DNA of 64,000 bases from Eledone cirrhosa (GCA_964016885.1 OZ024740.1:128340001-128404000); one strand, 5' to 3'. Positions 37,545 to 51,044 are shown, counted from the stretch's first letter. Numbers and translations are program-made. Notes: generated from the sequence alone by a model not told the origin.

Positions 37545-40500
37545 TGGCGACCCTCTCTCTATGATGGCTACCCCATCTCTATCTCTCTCTCTATGATGGC
37601 TACCCTCTCTCTATCTATCTCTAAGTCACCCATTACCTCCCGTTCTCTCTTCACCCATTCCACCTCACTCATCTTGAAGCTATTGAAGAGATAAGACACT
37701 CTATTCTGAAAGGCTAAAATGAATCACTAGAGTTGATTTGGCTTCGTTCCAGTCATCTATCTTGACGGCGACCCTCTCTCTCTACCTCACAATTTCCCTC
37801 ACACCACCGTAGCCTATTTGACAAATCAAACCTCAGCATGCCATTTCTTCTGCTACTACTACCTAACTAACTATCTCCTCCCCTGTCCCAGCCGAACACA
37901 CCCTGCCATTATTCCACCACCACTGTTCTTCTAGCCCTGAATTTTCCTACCGTTATGGATGGATGAGCTGAGAATAAATTTGAGTAACTCTGAATTAATA
38001 GATGAAATATGAATCTGCGAGCTACCAAAAACGCATGTGAAGCGCCAATCCAGAGACCCTTCCGTACGAGTGTCGACAAATGCCCAAAATTCCGAGTTGG
38101 TACCATCAATGAAGGCACAATGAAAGGAAGAGCAGGAGAAATCATAGAAATGCTAGAGCGAAAGGAATTTGATGTATGCTGTGTGCAAGAGACTAGATGG
38201 AGAGGAGAGTCTGCTCGAGTCCTTGTAGGAAAAAGTCGGTGCTACAAATTTTTCCGAATGGGAAATGACGATAGGATGGGTGGTGTAGGTATACTACTAG
38301 CTGACAAGTGGGTAGATAAAGTAATCTCAGTGTACAGAATAAATGCAAGAATCATTAAACTCAGACTAGTTCTAAATAAAACAATTACCACAATAATATC
38401 AGCTTACGCACCCCAATCGGGGTTGCCAGACGAACTTAAGGATAGGTTTTACGAGTCCCTAATGCACACTACTGCTCTAACAAACGACAATGCCTTCCTA
38501 ATCATCGCAGGAGATTTTAACGGACACGTAGGTAAACACTGCGACGGCTTCAATAGAGTACATGGAGGCCATAGAGTTGGCACAAGAAATGAGGAAGGAT
38601 TCAGACTTCTAGAACTCTGCGACGCCAATGACATGTCGATATGTAACACAAACTTTAAAAAACCCGACAACCAACTGATCACCTATAGATCAGGGGAGCA
38701 CTCTAGTCAGATAGATTTTATCCTCATCAGAGGACATGACAGATGGACGGTCGTAAACACAAAAGCCTTCCCTAGTGAGGAATGTACATCCCAACATAGC
38801 TTAGTTGTCAGCGACCTCACAGTCAGAACTAGACAAACCTGGGAACAGAGGCCAACCTGGAGAAGAAAGATATGGAAGCTGAAAGACCCCTCAACCAGAA
38901 ACAGATTTAAAGATATTTTACTCAACGCCTACGACAGTAAAGAAGAACAGATACAGACATTCAATGTAGAAGAGAACTGGGAGTTCCTAAAAAATAACTT
39001 ACTAGAGGCGACGGATGAGGTCTGTGGCTAGAGTAAGACCTCAAGCAGGAGGAGAGTGACTTGGTGGTGGAACAATAAGGTAGATGAGGCAGTTAAGGCC
39101 AAGAGACAGGCATGGAAAGAATGGAAGAACGGGGGGAGTAGGGTACATTACATAGAGACCAAGAGGGAAGCTAGGTGACAAGTATACTTAGCTAGGAGGG
39201 AAGCAGAGGATAGAAAATTCAAGCATGTTTTGCAACTTGAGGACCAGAAACAGGAGGTGTTCAAGATTGCGAGGCAGTGTGTCAGAGAGAATTGTGATGT
39301 CATTGGAGAGAAGTGTATCCGGAATGATAAAGGTGAGCTTGCCCTCACAAGTGCTGAGAAGAAAGATGCATGGAAGAGTCATTATGATAGATTACTAAAT
39401 GAGGAGAATACATGGGAAGAAGAGACCCTACCCCAAGTAGACCCTATAGAGGGGCCAGCAGTACAAGTCAGCAGCAACGTAGTAAGTAAGGCAATCAAAG
39501 ATATGAAGATGGGGAAGGCAACCGGTCCATCGGGTATAGCTGCCGAGATACTGAAGGTATCTGGGTCTGTAGGTCACACTATAACCACATGTATTGTTAA
39601 CCAGGTAATACTAGAAGGTGACATACCAAAAGATTGGTGCAGTAGCATCATTGTCAACTGCTACAAAGGTAAATGTGATGCACTAGATAGAGGAAACTAT
39701 AGAGGTATAAAGCTGATGGACCAGGTCATGGAAGTAACAGAACGAGTTATAGCACAGTTGATTAGGGACCGGGTGAAACTAGACGAGATGCAATTTGGGT
39801 TTGTACCAGGAAGAGGCACCACTGATGCCCTCTTCCTTGTCAGGCAGTTACAGGAAAAGTACCTAGCTAAAAGTAAGCCACTCTACCTATCATTAGTCGA
39901 CCTTGAGAAAGCCTTTGACAGAGTTCCACGTGCTGTAATCTGGTGGGCTCTTAGAAAACTAGGAGTAGATGAATGGCTTGTGAAAGCAGTACAAGCCATG
40001 TATAGGGGAGCAGTCAGCAAAGTTAGGATTAGCAATGAGTATAGCGAGGAATTTAGCGTACAGGTTGGGGTCCACCAGGGCTCTGTTCTTAGCCCCCTCC
40101 CGTTCATCATAGTCCTGCAGGCAATAACGGAGGAATTTAAGACCGGATGCCCATGGGAACTCCTGTATGCTGATGACCTCGCACTTATAGCTGAATCTAT
40201 GGTAGAACTAGAGAAGAAATTCCAAACTTGGAAGCAGGGACTAGAAAGAATGGGTCTCAAAGTCAACATGACAAAGACTAAGGTCCTTGTAAGTAGACGA
40301 GAAAACAGAACCCAGATCCCCTCAGGGAAATGGCCTTGCTCAGTATGTAGGAAAGGTGTAGGTAGGAACTGCATTCTCTGCACCAAATGCAAACAATGGG
40401 TCCACAAGAGATGTAGCGGGATCTCAAGAAGCTTAATTAAGAATGTAGGCTTCACATGCAGCAGCTGTGCTGGGACAGCAAGCAGCAAACAGCCACAGGA

Positions 40501-41434
40501 AACAAGTACCACCAATCTCTGGGAGGGCTCTGTAGAAACAGTAGACAGCTTCTGCTACCTAGGTGACCGAATTAGCAGCGGAGGTGGGTGTTCAGACAGT
40601 ACAATAACTAGGGTTATAACAGGATGGAAGAAGTTTAGGGAACTACTACCACTGTTAGCTGCAAAAGGCTTCTCCCTCAAAATGAAAGGCAGACTGTATG
40701 ATGCGCATATCCGAACAGCGATGTTGCATGGTAGTAAGACCTGGGACTTGAAGGTGGAAGACTTACGTAGATTAGAGAGAAACGAAGCCTGCATGCTCCG
40801 ATGGATGTGTAATAGTAATATACGCGAACGACAAAGCATAAATGAATTGAGAGAGAGACTGAGCATAAGAGGAATCAAATGCTGTGTGCTGGAGAGGCAG
40901 TTGCGTTTGACATGTGATGCGTATGAAGGATGACAGCTGCATAAAAAGGTGCAGAGCACTAGAAGTCGATGGAAACCGCAGAGTGGGGAGACCCAAGATG
41001 ACCTGGGATGAGGTGATAAAAGCGGACCTTACCCAATTACACCTCTCAAAGGCGATGACACACGACCGTGACCTCTGGCGTCACGCAGTAATACAGAGTA
41101 CCCGACCTACCATGGGTACAAGCTGAAGCATATAGACAATATGCCCCCACACACCCCACTGCAAGGTGGTCGTGGAGGTGCCACGGCAAAAAAGCACCCA
41201 GCCCACACTGTAAAGTGGACGTGTAGGCGCCACGAAAAAGCACCTAGCACTCACTGTAAATGAGGTTGGAGTTAGGAAGGGCATCCAGCTGTAGAAATCA
41301 AGCCAAATCAGTTCCAGTATGAGCAAGGCATGGTCAGCCGACCAGACACTGCCCACAACAGGACAACCCGTCTAACCCATGCTAGCGTGGAAGAACGGAC
41401 GTAAAACGGTGATGGTGATGATGATGATGATGAT
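37545..41434 (+). mobile_element. Near full-length RTE LINE family A (5' boundary uncertain)
   Basis: Putative 5' UTR, a single APE-RT reading frame from 38009, 3' UTR ~41113-41408 and a (GAT)n tail to 41434. No TSD identified. Confidence 0.93.
38009..41126 (+). pseudogene. RTE polyprotein: APE endonuclease, RT, C4HC3 zinc finger, C-terminal domain (disrupted)
   Basis: ORFs 38009-39031, 39230-40933 and 40914-41126. Visible lesions: TAG at 39029 (TGG in the 25242 copy), TGA at ~39176 (CGA in the 25242 copy) and a short frameshifting deletion at ~40907. Confidence 0.92.
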
Positions 41435-42261
41435 AGAAGACATGTGTGTCATCAACATCATCATCATTGGTTAACATCTATTTTCCCTGCTGGCAAGGTT
41501 TGAACATTTCATCACAGACCTGTCAGAAACCAAACAGAACCTATGACACCTATGTGGTCCAGGGACCCGGCATATGATCTTGAGCATTACGTGTATTTTA
41601 TTGTAACACCGACACTATCTATGTCACAACTGAAGAATCTAGCTGACATTTTGTTTGGCAAGTATTCTATGGCTGAATGCATTTTCTGTCACCAACCACA
41701 TTATAGTGTGTACAGAAGGCATATATTGTGTAAATCATCTGCACAAGATAGGTGTTTGTGCTCATGACACTAATAAAGAGGCCTCTTAGTCATTTTTCGG
41801 CATAGTTTCTACATTTGGGAGCCCTTCCTATTGCATTGCAGGGTGTATTGGATGCATTTATCATGGCACCGACACTAGAGAGGTTGTCATTGAGTCAACT
41901 AAAGAGCTTTCTCTACTCTACAGATAGGTTGGTGTGTATCTACTAGGCAGGTGCTTAGAGTGGAGGAATTTGACAGAATAAAGGATGGTTGATGGATGGG
42001 AAATTTTTAGCAGAGTGGAAGTATACTATCGTGATAAAACCTAAGGGGAAATGACTGGTGTGTCAAATGTTAGGTGCATGATCTTGAGTATTCCAAGAGG
42101 GTGTGTGTATCAGTGTACAGTGAGGCTGAAAATAGCTACTACAGTGGTGGGGATGCAGTGATAGTGAGGATAGCTACTATGAGGTGATAGTAAGTGGGCA
42201 GTGGGTGGATACGATTTGTAAGTGGCTATATCAGTTTATGCCAAGTTTATGGGTTGTCACC

Positions 42262-42810
42262 AGCACAGTATCACACCAGCTCATCCTATTTTTGACATCT
42301 TTGATTGAAGTCAGCTTCTTAAGGTCAGCCCTCACTAACTCATCTCATGTCTACCTGGATCTGCCTCTTCCATGAGTTCCATCCATTGTAATTTTGCTAC
42401 ACAATTTATGCAGATGCCATCTTCCATATATATTACAGATCCATATCAATGCAGTCTTCTCTGCTGCATATACAATCAATTCCTTTTATGTCAAATTTTA
42501 CTCTTAGCTTGCTTATGCTACATTATTCATGATCACTAACATTACGCATCGATCAAATTATACTCATTTCAATTCATTCTAGCTTTCTCAGTCTTCTGTA
42601 ATTAAAGCCTATGTCCCATTCACATGCTGGCATCATATAGTCTACCCTTTACTCTAAGAGAGAAAACATTTGTTCAGTAGAGGTACCAATTATGTAAACT
42701 TCTTCCAGCCTGTTTTTACCCTGTCTATCACATTTTCAGATCATCTGGACCCCACTGCTTATTAGATCATCTAGATAACAACATATTTCAACATCTTTTA
42801 AGGTGACTCC
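42262..42810 (-). mobile_element. Old RTE C-terminal fragment
   Basis: Minus strand shows decayed motifs (tatctagatgatctaataagcagtggg, ggctggaagaagttta, gagaagactgcattgatatgga). Confidence 0.65.
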
Positions 42811-43129
42811 TTTTCAGTTGCATGACAAAAGAAGCAACTTAAAGGTTTGGTTTCAGGAAGGGCATCCAAATATAAAACGCCGCAAAAATTCCTATCTAGC
42901 TTATGTTAACATGGAAATATCAATGTAAATAAGGTGATGGTATATTATATATAAAATGAATATTAAGACAAGGATTATTATTAAAACATTTAATAGCTTT
43001 ATGACCATTTCACTAGAGTAACAGAAATGAATTAAAGTTCATCAGAGTTAATTAAATTCAGAGTCAAACTACTACAAAGGAAAATATGTCAAATAGAGAG
43101 ATAACTACAGAAGCAACAAGCTGTTATAC

Positions 43130-43730
43130 CAAAGGAAGATTGTTACTGAAAATGTTATAGCACAAATAATTTGGAACAGAATCATGCCACAAGAAACACA
43201 GTTTGGTTTATACTTGTGAGAAAGTATTTAGCTGAGAATAAATGTCTGTACATGGCTTTGTAGATCTGGAGAAGGCCTTTTGTAGGAACCTTCACTCTAT
43301 TATCTGGCGGGCACCAAGGAAGCTAGGAATAGATCAATGGCTCTTGAGAGCAATAAAGTCATGTATCAAGGTACATGCGAAGTGAGAGTACAGTGATCAA
43401 CTTGAAATGCAGGTGAGTGTCCAACATTACTCAATCCTCAGTCCATTTCTATTCGTCATTTTTTTCCAAGCCATAACAAAGAAGTTTAAACTGGCAATCC
43501 AGACGCATACCTGTATGTTGATGAGTCAGTACTTATAGTGAAATCCATGAAAGAGTTAGAGGCAAAATTCCAGACATGGACGAATAACCATGAATTGAAT
43601 GATGCAAAAGTAATTTTAATGAAAAAATAAAGAAATTAATGCAAATAAGTAGAGAAAAATAGGAAGCTGATATGTCAGAGAAATTCTCTTGTTCATTATG
43701 TTATAAAGGGATAGGCAGAAACTCCATAAG
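43130..43730 (+). mobile_element. Old RTE RT fragment
   Basis: gctttgtagatctggagaaggcctttt (AFVDLEKAF) and tatgttgatgag (YADD remnant). Confidence 0.65.
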
Positions 43731-44327
43731 TTGGTTGTTGATAATAAGAAATTTCAGCAAAAGAAATATGGCAAAAAGGGTTCAAAGCATCTCCAGTCAT
43801 GACATGACAAACTTTTTAGCGATAGAGCCATGTAAAATACACACAGATCACCACGTCAAGTGGTTGTTGATAGGATGGGCATCGAGCTGTAGAAACTATG
43901 CATAAAAATGTCATAATTCTGCAGCTGTGTTAAGGACACAACAACCTCACTAGTGGTTTTGATCTAACAATAAATGCACTCAGTACACATGGTAATATGT
44001 TTGCCAAATAAAGGGTCATGAGGACTCTTTAGCTCTGTGAAAGGCATGATAGCCTAGTATTAGTGCCATGATAAAATGCACTTGGTGCACACAGTAGACT
44101 GCGGATGTTATTGATATGTGGGACCATGTTATTGATATGTGGGACCATGGCCTAATTGCGAGAAGAGTCACTCTAATTAATTGCTGACATTGTCTGTGAT
44201 GACCCATCCAACCCTTATAACAGGGAAAATAATTGTTTCTATTTTAGGCACAAGGCCAGCAATTACCCAGTACATTACTGGTACTTTATTTTATCGACCC
44301 CGGGGAAAATAATAATCATGATTTTGA

Positions 44328-44375
<48 letters not shown>

Positions 44376-45861
44376 GTGTGTAGACTTGTTTGTCTTCTAG
44401 GCATTTGACATTACTAGCACGGGCAGTGACTTTTGTTTGTGACCCTACATAAATAGAAATCCTGCAGTCTATTGTTTAGAAATGATGTCCGATTACAAAA
44501 AACGCATTAAGCTATATAATAATTCTTAAAAACACGTCCTCTAGCTCATGCTGTCAGGTAAAAATGATGATAATATTTGTTACGTACAGTTCTTCCTACT
44601 GTCATTGGTTAATTTGGGAGTAAGGTATATTATACCCTCTTGTCTTAATAACACTTATAAATAATGAACTTGGTAATATTTAATTGGAAACATTACTTTA
44701 AAGTGATTGTTTATATAAATTTGTATGATTCTTTTGATTTAACGTAGGCTAAACACCATCCTCTGAGCAAAACACCAAATAGCAATACACTGTACAATAG
44801 TAGCAACAGCAGTGCCATTAGTGAAATAGAGTTAGGCAGAATTACTGATGTTAGTTGTAGGTTACAACTGATGCATTCCACCATGGTCAATGACAATTCA
44901 TTTGAAATTCAAGCCATAGCTGAATGAACAAGTGAATACTAAATTCTCTTTAATATCTGACAAGTGATTTGAGATGATATGTTGGTTCAGGTATGAAACA
45001 TTGACCTGAAAGACAAGCCATTTAATACAAATATAAGAGAAAAGCCTTCTCAATCAGAAATTGGTGCATGCAATGAAATAGCAAGAGATTACTGAGAATG
45101 TGACCAATGAAAGAGTATAAAAGCAAGATCTAAGACTTTCAATCATATGATCGTTATAAACATACACAATCATGCACACACAGATACACCCACAATATAT
45201 CATCATCATCTACCATCCATACATATATACGTATGATTTTATTTTCTAAAGAAAATACTGGTACAATTGCTAAAACTCCAACATCACTACAACTATATAT
45301 TTAACTCACATTTATTGAGCACTTTTTCAACAAATGTTTCATAGTTCTGTGTAGGCAAGTGCATAAAACTCTTCCATCATTGCACATATAAACACCACAC
45401 ATGCACACACATGTATGAATCTGTTGACTTAGAAGCATCGAGAAAATTTGAACTCTTTCATTTCCAGGAGTACTTTATCCGATCTTCTAATCATCAACTG
45501 TTTTTATTGGTCATTTGCATGGGGAAACGTACATTTCAAATATACATACATGTACATACATTCATACATACAAACAAACACACGTACATAAATACATACA
45601 TGCTTACACATATTTCATTTCATTTTCATTTTCACTTCATATATAATATTTATATAGGCTTGGCATTAAAGTATCCAGCCATAGAATGCATGCCAAATAT
45701 GGAATATATGAGTAAGATGAGGAGGGAATTTAATACTCTGCCCAACCCATGCCTACATGGAATATGGATATGATGATGATGATGATGACGATGATGATAT
45801 ATCATTATACATTTTTTGTATGAAATTTGTGTAAGTTAAAGAAAATGCTGCAGTAACTCAC

Positions 45862-46149
45862 CATATAGTATCATTTTCTCTTGGTCACTTCCAAGATGAT
45901 TAGAAGCAACACATGTATATTCTCCAAAATCTGACGTCTCTACTGCCCGTATCCTCAGGCTTAAAGTTATAGTATGCTCATCTTCATTATATGCTTCTGC
46001 ACGATACTTCCATGAATTTTCTATTCTGTTAGAATTCTTTTCCCAGTGTGTTGCACCAAGTGGACTTGCTGTTACTGTACACTCAAGTATTGTCATTTTG
46101 CCAATTTCTTGTCCCATTCTTTTATTACGGACTCGGACTTCAGGAGGGA
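45862..46149 (-). CDS. Internal coding exon: Ig I-set domain of a Lachesin/DIP/IgLON-like cell-adhesion protein
   Basis: Peptide PPEVRVRNKRMGQEIGKMTILECTVTASPLGATHWEK...LSLRIRAVETSDFGEYTCVASNHLGSDQEKMILY has the Ig C, W and DxGxYxC hallmarks. Acceptor tttctatctatttcacAG, donor GTgagt; 288 bp, phase 1-1. Confidence 0.93.
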
Positions 46150-47365
46150 CTGTGAAATAGATAGAAACCAAAGTAAGATTTAGTATAGAAATTTATTTTG
46201 GATGTCAATGTTCATGTTAAAGCTATATCATTTTGTTTGTGTGAGTGGGTGTATGTATGTATATATATATATATATAAAGAGAGAGGAGACACAGTAAGC
46301 CAGAGAGAGTAATGGCAGTGTGCGAAGGAAGAAAGAGTGAGAGCAATAAAATATAAGTCAGAAGTAAGATTTCAATCTTGCATTAGATTTTTGACATTTT
46401 GAATGTTTTATTTATAAGTTGTATATATATATATATAAAATATCCAGTATTTACAACATGCCAAAATATACATTGAATAAATTTAACTGACACTAAAAAA
46501 ATGGAATATTTCACTCATTTATATATTTTGAGCTTCGTAGGTTACAAAAGGAAAGAAAAAGAGGAAATGGAAAGAAGAAAAAAGAAAAAAAGAATCCAAC
46601 AAGTAGAGGAGGAACAGACACATCCCAGTCTGAGTAGTGCCTCAGTCATTCCCGATGGACAAAATGGCAAAGACGTTACCACGGAAAAGGGCCAGAGACA
46701 CCTTCTGAAACAATGCCAACACCTCATGTCACCCTCCTCAAGCTAGTCACCATGTTTCCAATTTTACAGAGGAAATGAGCTGTGTGGGGAACAAGGATAT
46801 CGGAGGTCTCAACAAAGACTGCTACAAGGAGGAAGTGGTCAGTCAGACTCCAGTATTTAAATGTCTTTGTCTCCTCTGTATTGTGGGGAATAGAGCCCAG
46901 GTTTGTGTCCGAAGCGACAAGTTTTGTTGTGTAGAACAAGTCGCAGCACATTGCTTTGAAAGAAAAAGCATTATTAAGTCACAGAAAATCAACTGGTGTG
47001 TGCATGAATGCATGTATGTATGTGTGTGTGTGGGCATGTGCATGTATGTATATGTATGTGTGTATGTAGGTGTGCATGCAAGTATGTGTGTGTATATGTG
47101 TATGTGTATGAGATATTTATGTATTAAAAAGTTCAAATTACAAGATCTGTTGGAAATATTTTCAAGGGAATGCTTAATTACACTAATGTTGTAGCAAAAG
47201 AAAAACTATTGTAAACTAATCACTTCAGATATTTTAGTTCTTTATTTATATAGAATTTAAAGTTAGTAAAAATTGGCAAAATATTGACCTCAAATATGTC
47301 AACCTTATTTTACCATCAGTTTTGGTATTTTTATGGATTTTTCGGCTTATACTCAAGTATGTCCA

Positions 47366-47423
<58 letters not shown>

Positions 47424-50400
47424 ATAATAATACATTTGAAGACTGTATAGTATACTGTATGTTTAATTTTTAAAAAATTAAAAACATTTTGAAGACCATT
47501 CTATAAGAATCCATCTTCTATAACTCTTGGTGGAAACGAAGGGGTAAGTAGACTTGATAACCGCTAACAAGCAAGAAACAGGACAGTTGATTACTCCCCT
47601 TTGTTTTTGCTGAGAATAAGTAAGTGACATAGTCACTACTTTAAAATCCATAGGGAATGGTCTTCAAAATGTTTTTAATTAAACATACAGTATATTATCA
47701 AATATACTATACATACATTCATATATACATCGCTATTTCAGAGCACCAATATTAATATATATATATATATATAGTGTAGTGAAAAATTAGAAGGTTATAT
47801 CCAAACCTGGAAGACCACTCAGACCTACAGATGATTTGGGTATAGAGTTAATTCCACAACAATTACCAAACCATACTTGAGACCAAAAGGATTTTCAACT
47901 CATGTATGGTTATAGCCTGAACAAAATTGAAAGTGCTTTGTAAGAGAAACACGAGTTCTCGGGTATGGTTTGGTAATTTTTGTGGAACTCTCTCTCTCTC
48001 TCTATATATATATATATGGATTGAGGTAGGCGAGGCTGTGTGGTTACTGATAACTAGTGTTAGAAGGTAAGGTGACACAAACAAGAGGGGGAAAGTTTCC
48101 CTTCCTCAGCTGTTTATTACGGGTCATGGATGTTTTGGCGCCTTATAAACAGAGCACCGCTCCATAGCACACTCATAGCCTTTTATCTATCAAAAGGCCA
48201 GGAGGGAAAAAAGTGATAGCAAATGTATATATATATCTGTGTGTGTGTGTGAGCATGTATTATCTTTACATAGTGCCTAGTTCATTTAGCTACACATCTT
48301 TCAACCATAACCATAACAGAAATACGTGGGCAAAAATACAGAATATCTGTTTATACAAAGAAACAATGAAAATATCTGAGATCTTTTAGTAGAAGCCTTG
48401 TTCAGAAGAGTGAAGAATATTGTTGGATGCATGAAGTAGAATTTTGGCATCTATTTAAGCCCGAGCCTTCAGTCTGTCACTACTTTACTTTCAGTTCTTT
48501 ATCAGTATTAGATGATAATGGGAAATATTATTATTCTAGTAATTATTCCAGCATGGATGCCTGGTCTTGTAACTCCTGGGAGAGGCTTAGGATTGCCATA
48601 TTAACACATAGTGTTTCTAGGGCATTGTACAACCTGTCAATGCCCATCTCCTTTCCAGGTCTGAATACTGCATATTTCTTCAAGAGAAGGAGAATGTATG
48701 AGAGAATGGAAGTGAGAAAAAGATATATAGGAAACATCGACCCCGGTACTAGACTAGTACTTTTTTTATCATCCCCAAATGGATGAAAGGCAAAGTTGAT
48801 TTTGGCAGTATTTGGACTCAGGCAGTATTTGGACGAGTGCTGAAATGTATACCACAAAGCATTCTAACAACTCTGCCAATTTGCTGCTTCTGAAGTCAAC
48901 ATACAATTTCATAGAAATATGTTGATGGTAATTTGTTCCAAACAACGATATGAGTTGGAATTTGTTTGATGCTTTTAAAAATAAATGATGTAAGAATTAC
49001 AACAAAATTGATAGGCAAATTTTTTGAAATAGTTTGGCTATCAGTCATGATTATGGCAATCAGTAGGTTATTCCTATTCATAACTCATTAGCAACACCAT
49101 AAATGCATATAGTCTTGAAGAAGTATGTTTAGGTACAATATATAATATATCATTTTTCTTAAAAGCCCAATAATGCACTGAAAATAATCTACTGGATACA
49201 CTACAAATAATCTACTGAAGCTGTAATATCAATTTTAAATATTTAAGATTCAATACATCAACATCTATAACCTGCATTATTTTGATATTCTAAAATACTT
49301 TGGTGGTGAAATATATTTTGAATTAATTATTTGCTCCACATAAATTAGATGGAAGTCAGTGCTGTGAAATCAAAATTCAAGTTGATATCAACAGAGTATG
49401 AAATATTATATGATAGAAGATGTGTTTACAATGTGTAAATGATAACATTTATGGATATGGCAAACAGACATCGATACAGAGTGATACAAACTTCCACTAC
49501 TGATAAATACTACAAATTTTGGAGGACTGACAACTTCTAAAATGGAATAGCAGTACAATTTTTCTTAATCTACATGTGATAAAAATGAGGAAAACTTTTG
49601 AGAATATATGCTGGTTTATAATCTTAATCATACACACTTTTATATACATATTCTGAGAAAAATGAAAATTGAATATTAAATATGCCTATATGAAAATATC
49701 ACAAAGTTATGAGAAAAGTAATAATTATTAAATATAATTCAGTTTCTTTATTTGTATAACTATTTAATATATTGGCAAATTTTAACAGCAAAGATTATAG
49801 TTTTTTTTTTTTATTCTAACTAGTATATAAAGAAATATTTGATGTATGAAAGTTGTTTATAGTTACTATAAATGTTTAAAATTCCAGAATTAGAAGGTTT
49901 CTGTATTTGTCTCATTCTTCCTATGCATATTTTTTCTGTTATTGTTCTTATTTATACTACATATAAATAGTATTATAGATTTCTATGTAGTAAAAATCCA
50001 ATATTTACAGCTGAATTTTCTATTTTAGTTATTTAGTTCTTCTTAAGGTAGTGGTTATCTAAAACTATAATGTTAGTAATTTACTATAGCTAAGAGGTAG
50101 AATGATATTCAGATTACATCTCTCCCCCATCTTGGCTTTCAGCCAAAGCTAATGAACCCAGTCTAAGCCATTTCCATATGTGCACTGTCAGTGTATTACT
50201 GATGCTTATTTGATTGATGTTCTAGAAAACAGCATTAAAGGCTAAACCAATCCTAAATCAACATAAATATATAAGCTAAAGTTTCAAAGCTCTGCAATTT
50301 TATGACTTGATTAAGGAGTTGTGACAGCCAAGATGAAAGGATTCTAGCCTATCAGCTACAAAATAATAAAGGTGCATTGTATTATTATTGCAGGGCTGTA

Positions 50401-50769
50401 TCCTGAGCAGGGCATTGAACCATTCCCACCCTACATACCTGTCAGCAAACAGGTAAGAAGTGAAGTAAAACTAACTAAAAATTGATTAATAGTGGCTTAC
50501 AGGGCCAAGAGAAATAGAAACCTTTTATTGAATACTGAATAACTGAATGATTGAATTTATGATTGTAACACTCTACACATTTCCTGAACCTGGATATAGT
50601 TTATTCTATTACATCACCCCTCTCTCCCTCTCACTCTCTATTTCGCTCTCTCTATTACTCACTCACACACGTGCAGAGATATACACACAAAGATGATGAA
50701 CCTAAACAATTAGAAGGAATTTAATATATGTATAGTATATATATAAGTGAAATTATTACAGAGGAGAAT

Positions 50770-51030
50770 ATACCGTTAACACATGTTTATATAAAAAAGC
50801 ACCTACGTACGTTTTGGCCACAAAGTGTTTCTCAAGGGCATAGAAAACTAAAAAGTGTTCAGTACATGACCCAAGAGGGGTTTTACGGTGAAAGTTACAT
50901 CAAAGTTCATTCTTCGTTCAAACACACGCATTGTTTTTGCCACAGAGCAAGGGGAGTAACTCTGGTCGGTGTTTGAATGATTGTCCCCAAACTGCTTATA
51001 CCCGTTCACATGATGGTGTTTTCCCATTAC
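50770..51030 (-). mobile_element. Possible Penelope-like terminal remnant between TA tracts
   Basis: Minus strand cccttgagaaacactttgtggccaaaacgtacgtaggtgc resembles a decayed PLE hammerhead with palindromic stem III (acgtacgt). Confidence 0.35.
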
Positions 51031-51044
51031 TATATATATATATA

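Noticed and set aside
39883-40959. Long antisense ORFs over RTE copies (also 26789-27706)
   Set aside because: Shadow frames of the RT coding strand with no independent motifs.
44711-44896. Minus ORF with a hydrophobic stretch (LMALLLLLLYSVLLFGVLL) as the GPI/TM terminal exon of the Ig gene
   Set aside because: The good-looking acceptors (cttgtctttcag at ~45006, gttcattcag at ~44920) lead to early stops in phase 1, and the only in-frame AG lacks a polypyrimidine tract. RNA evidence is needed.
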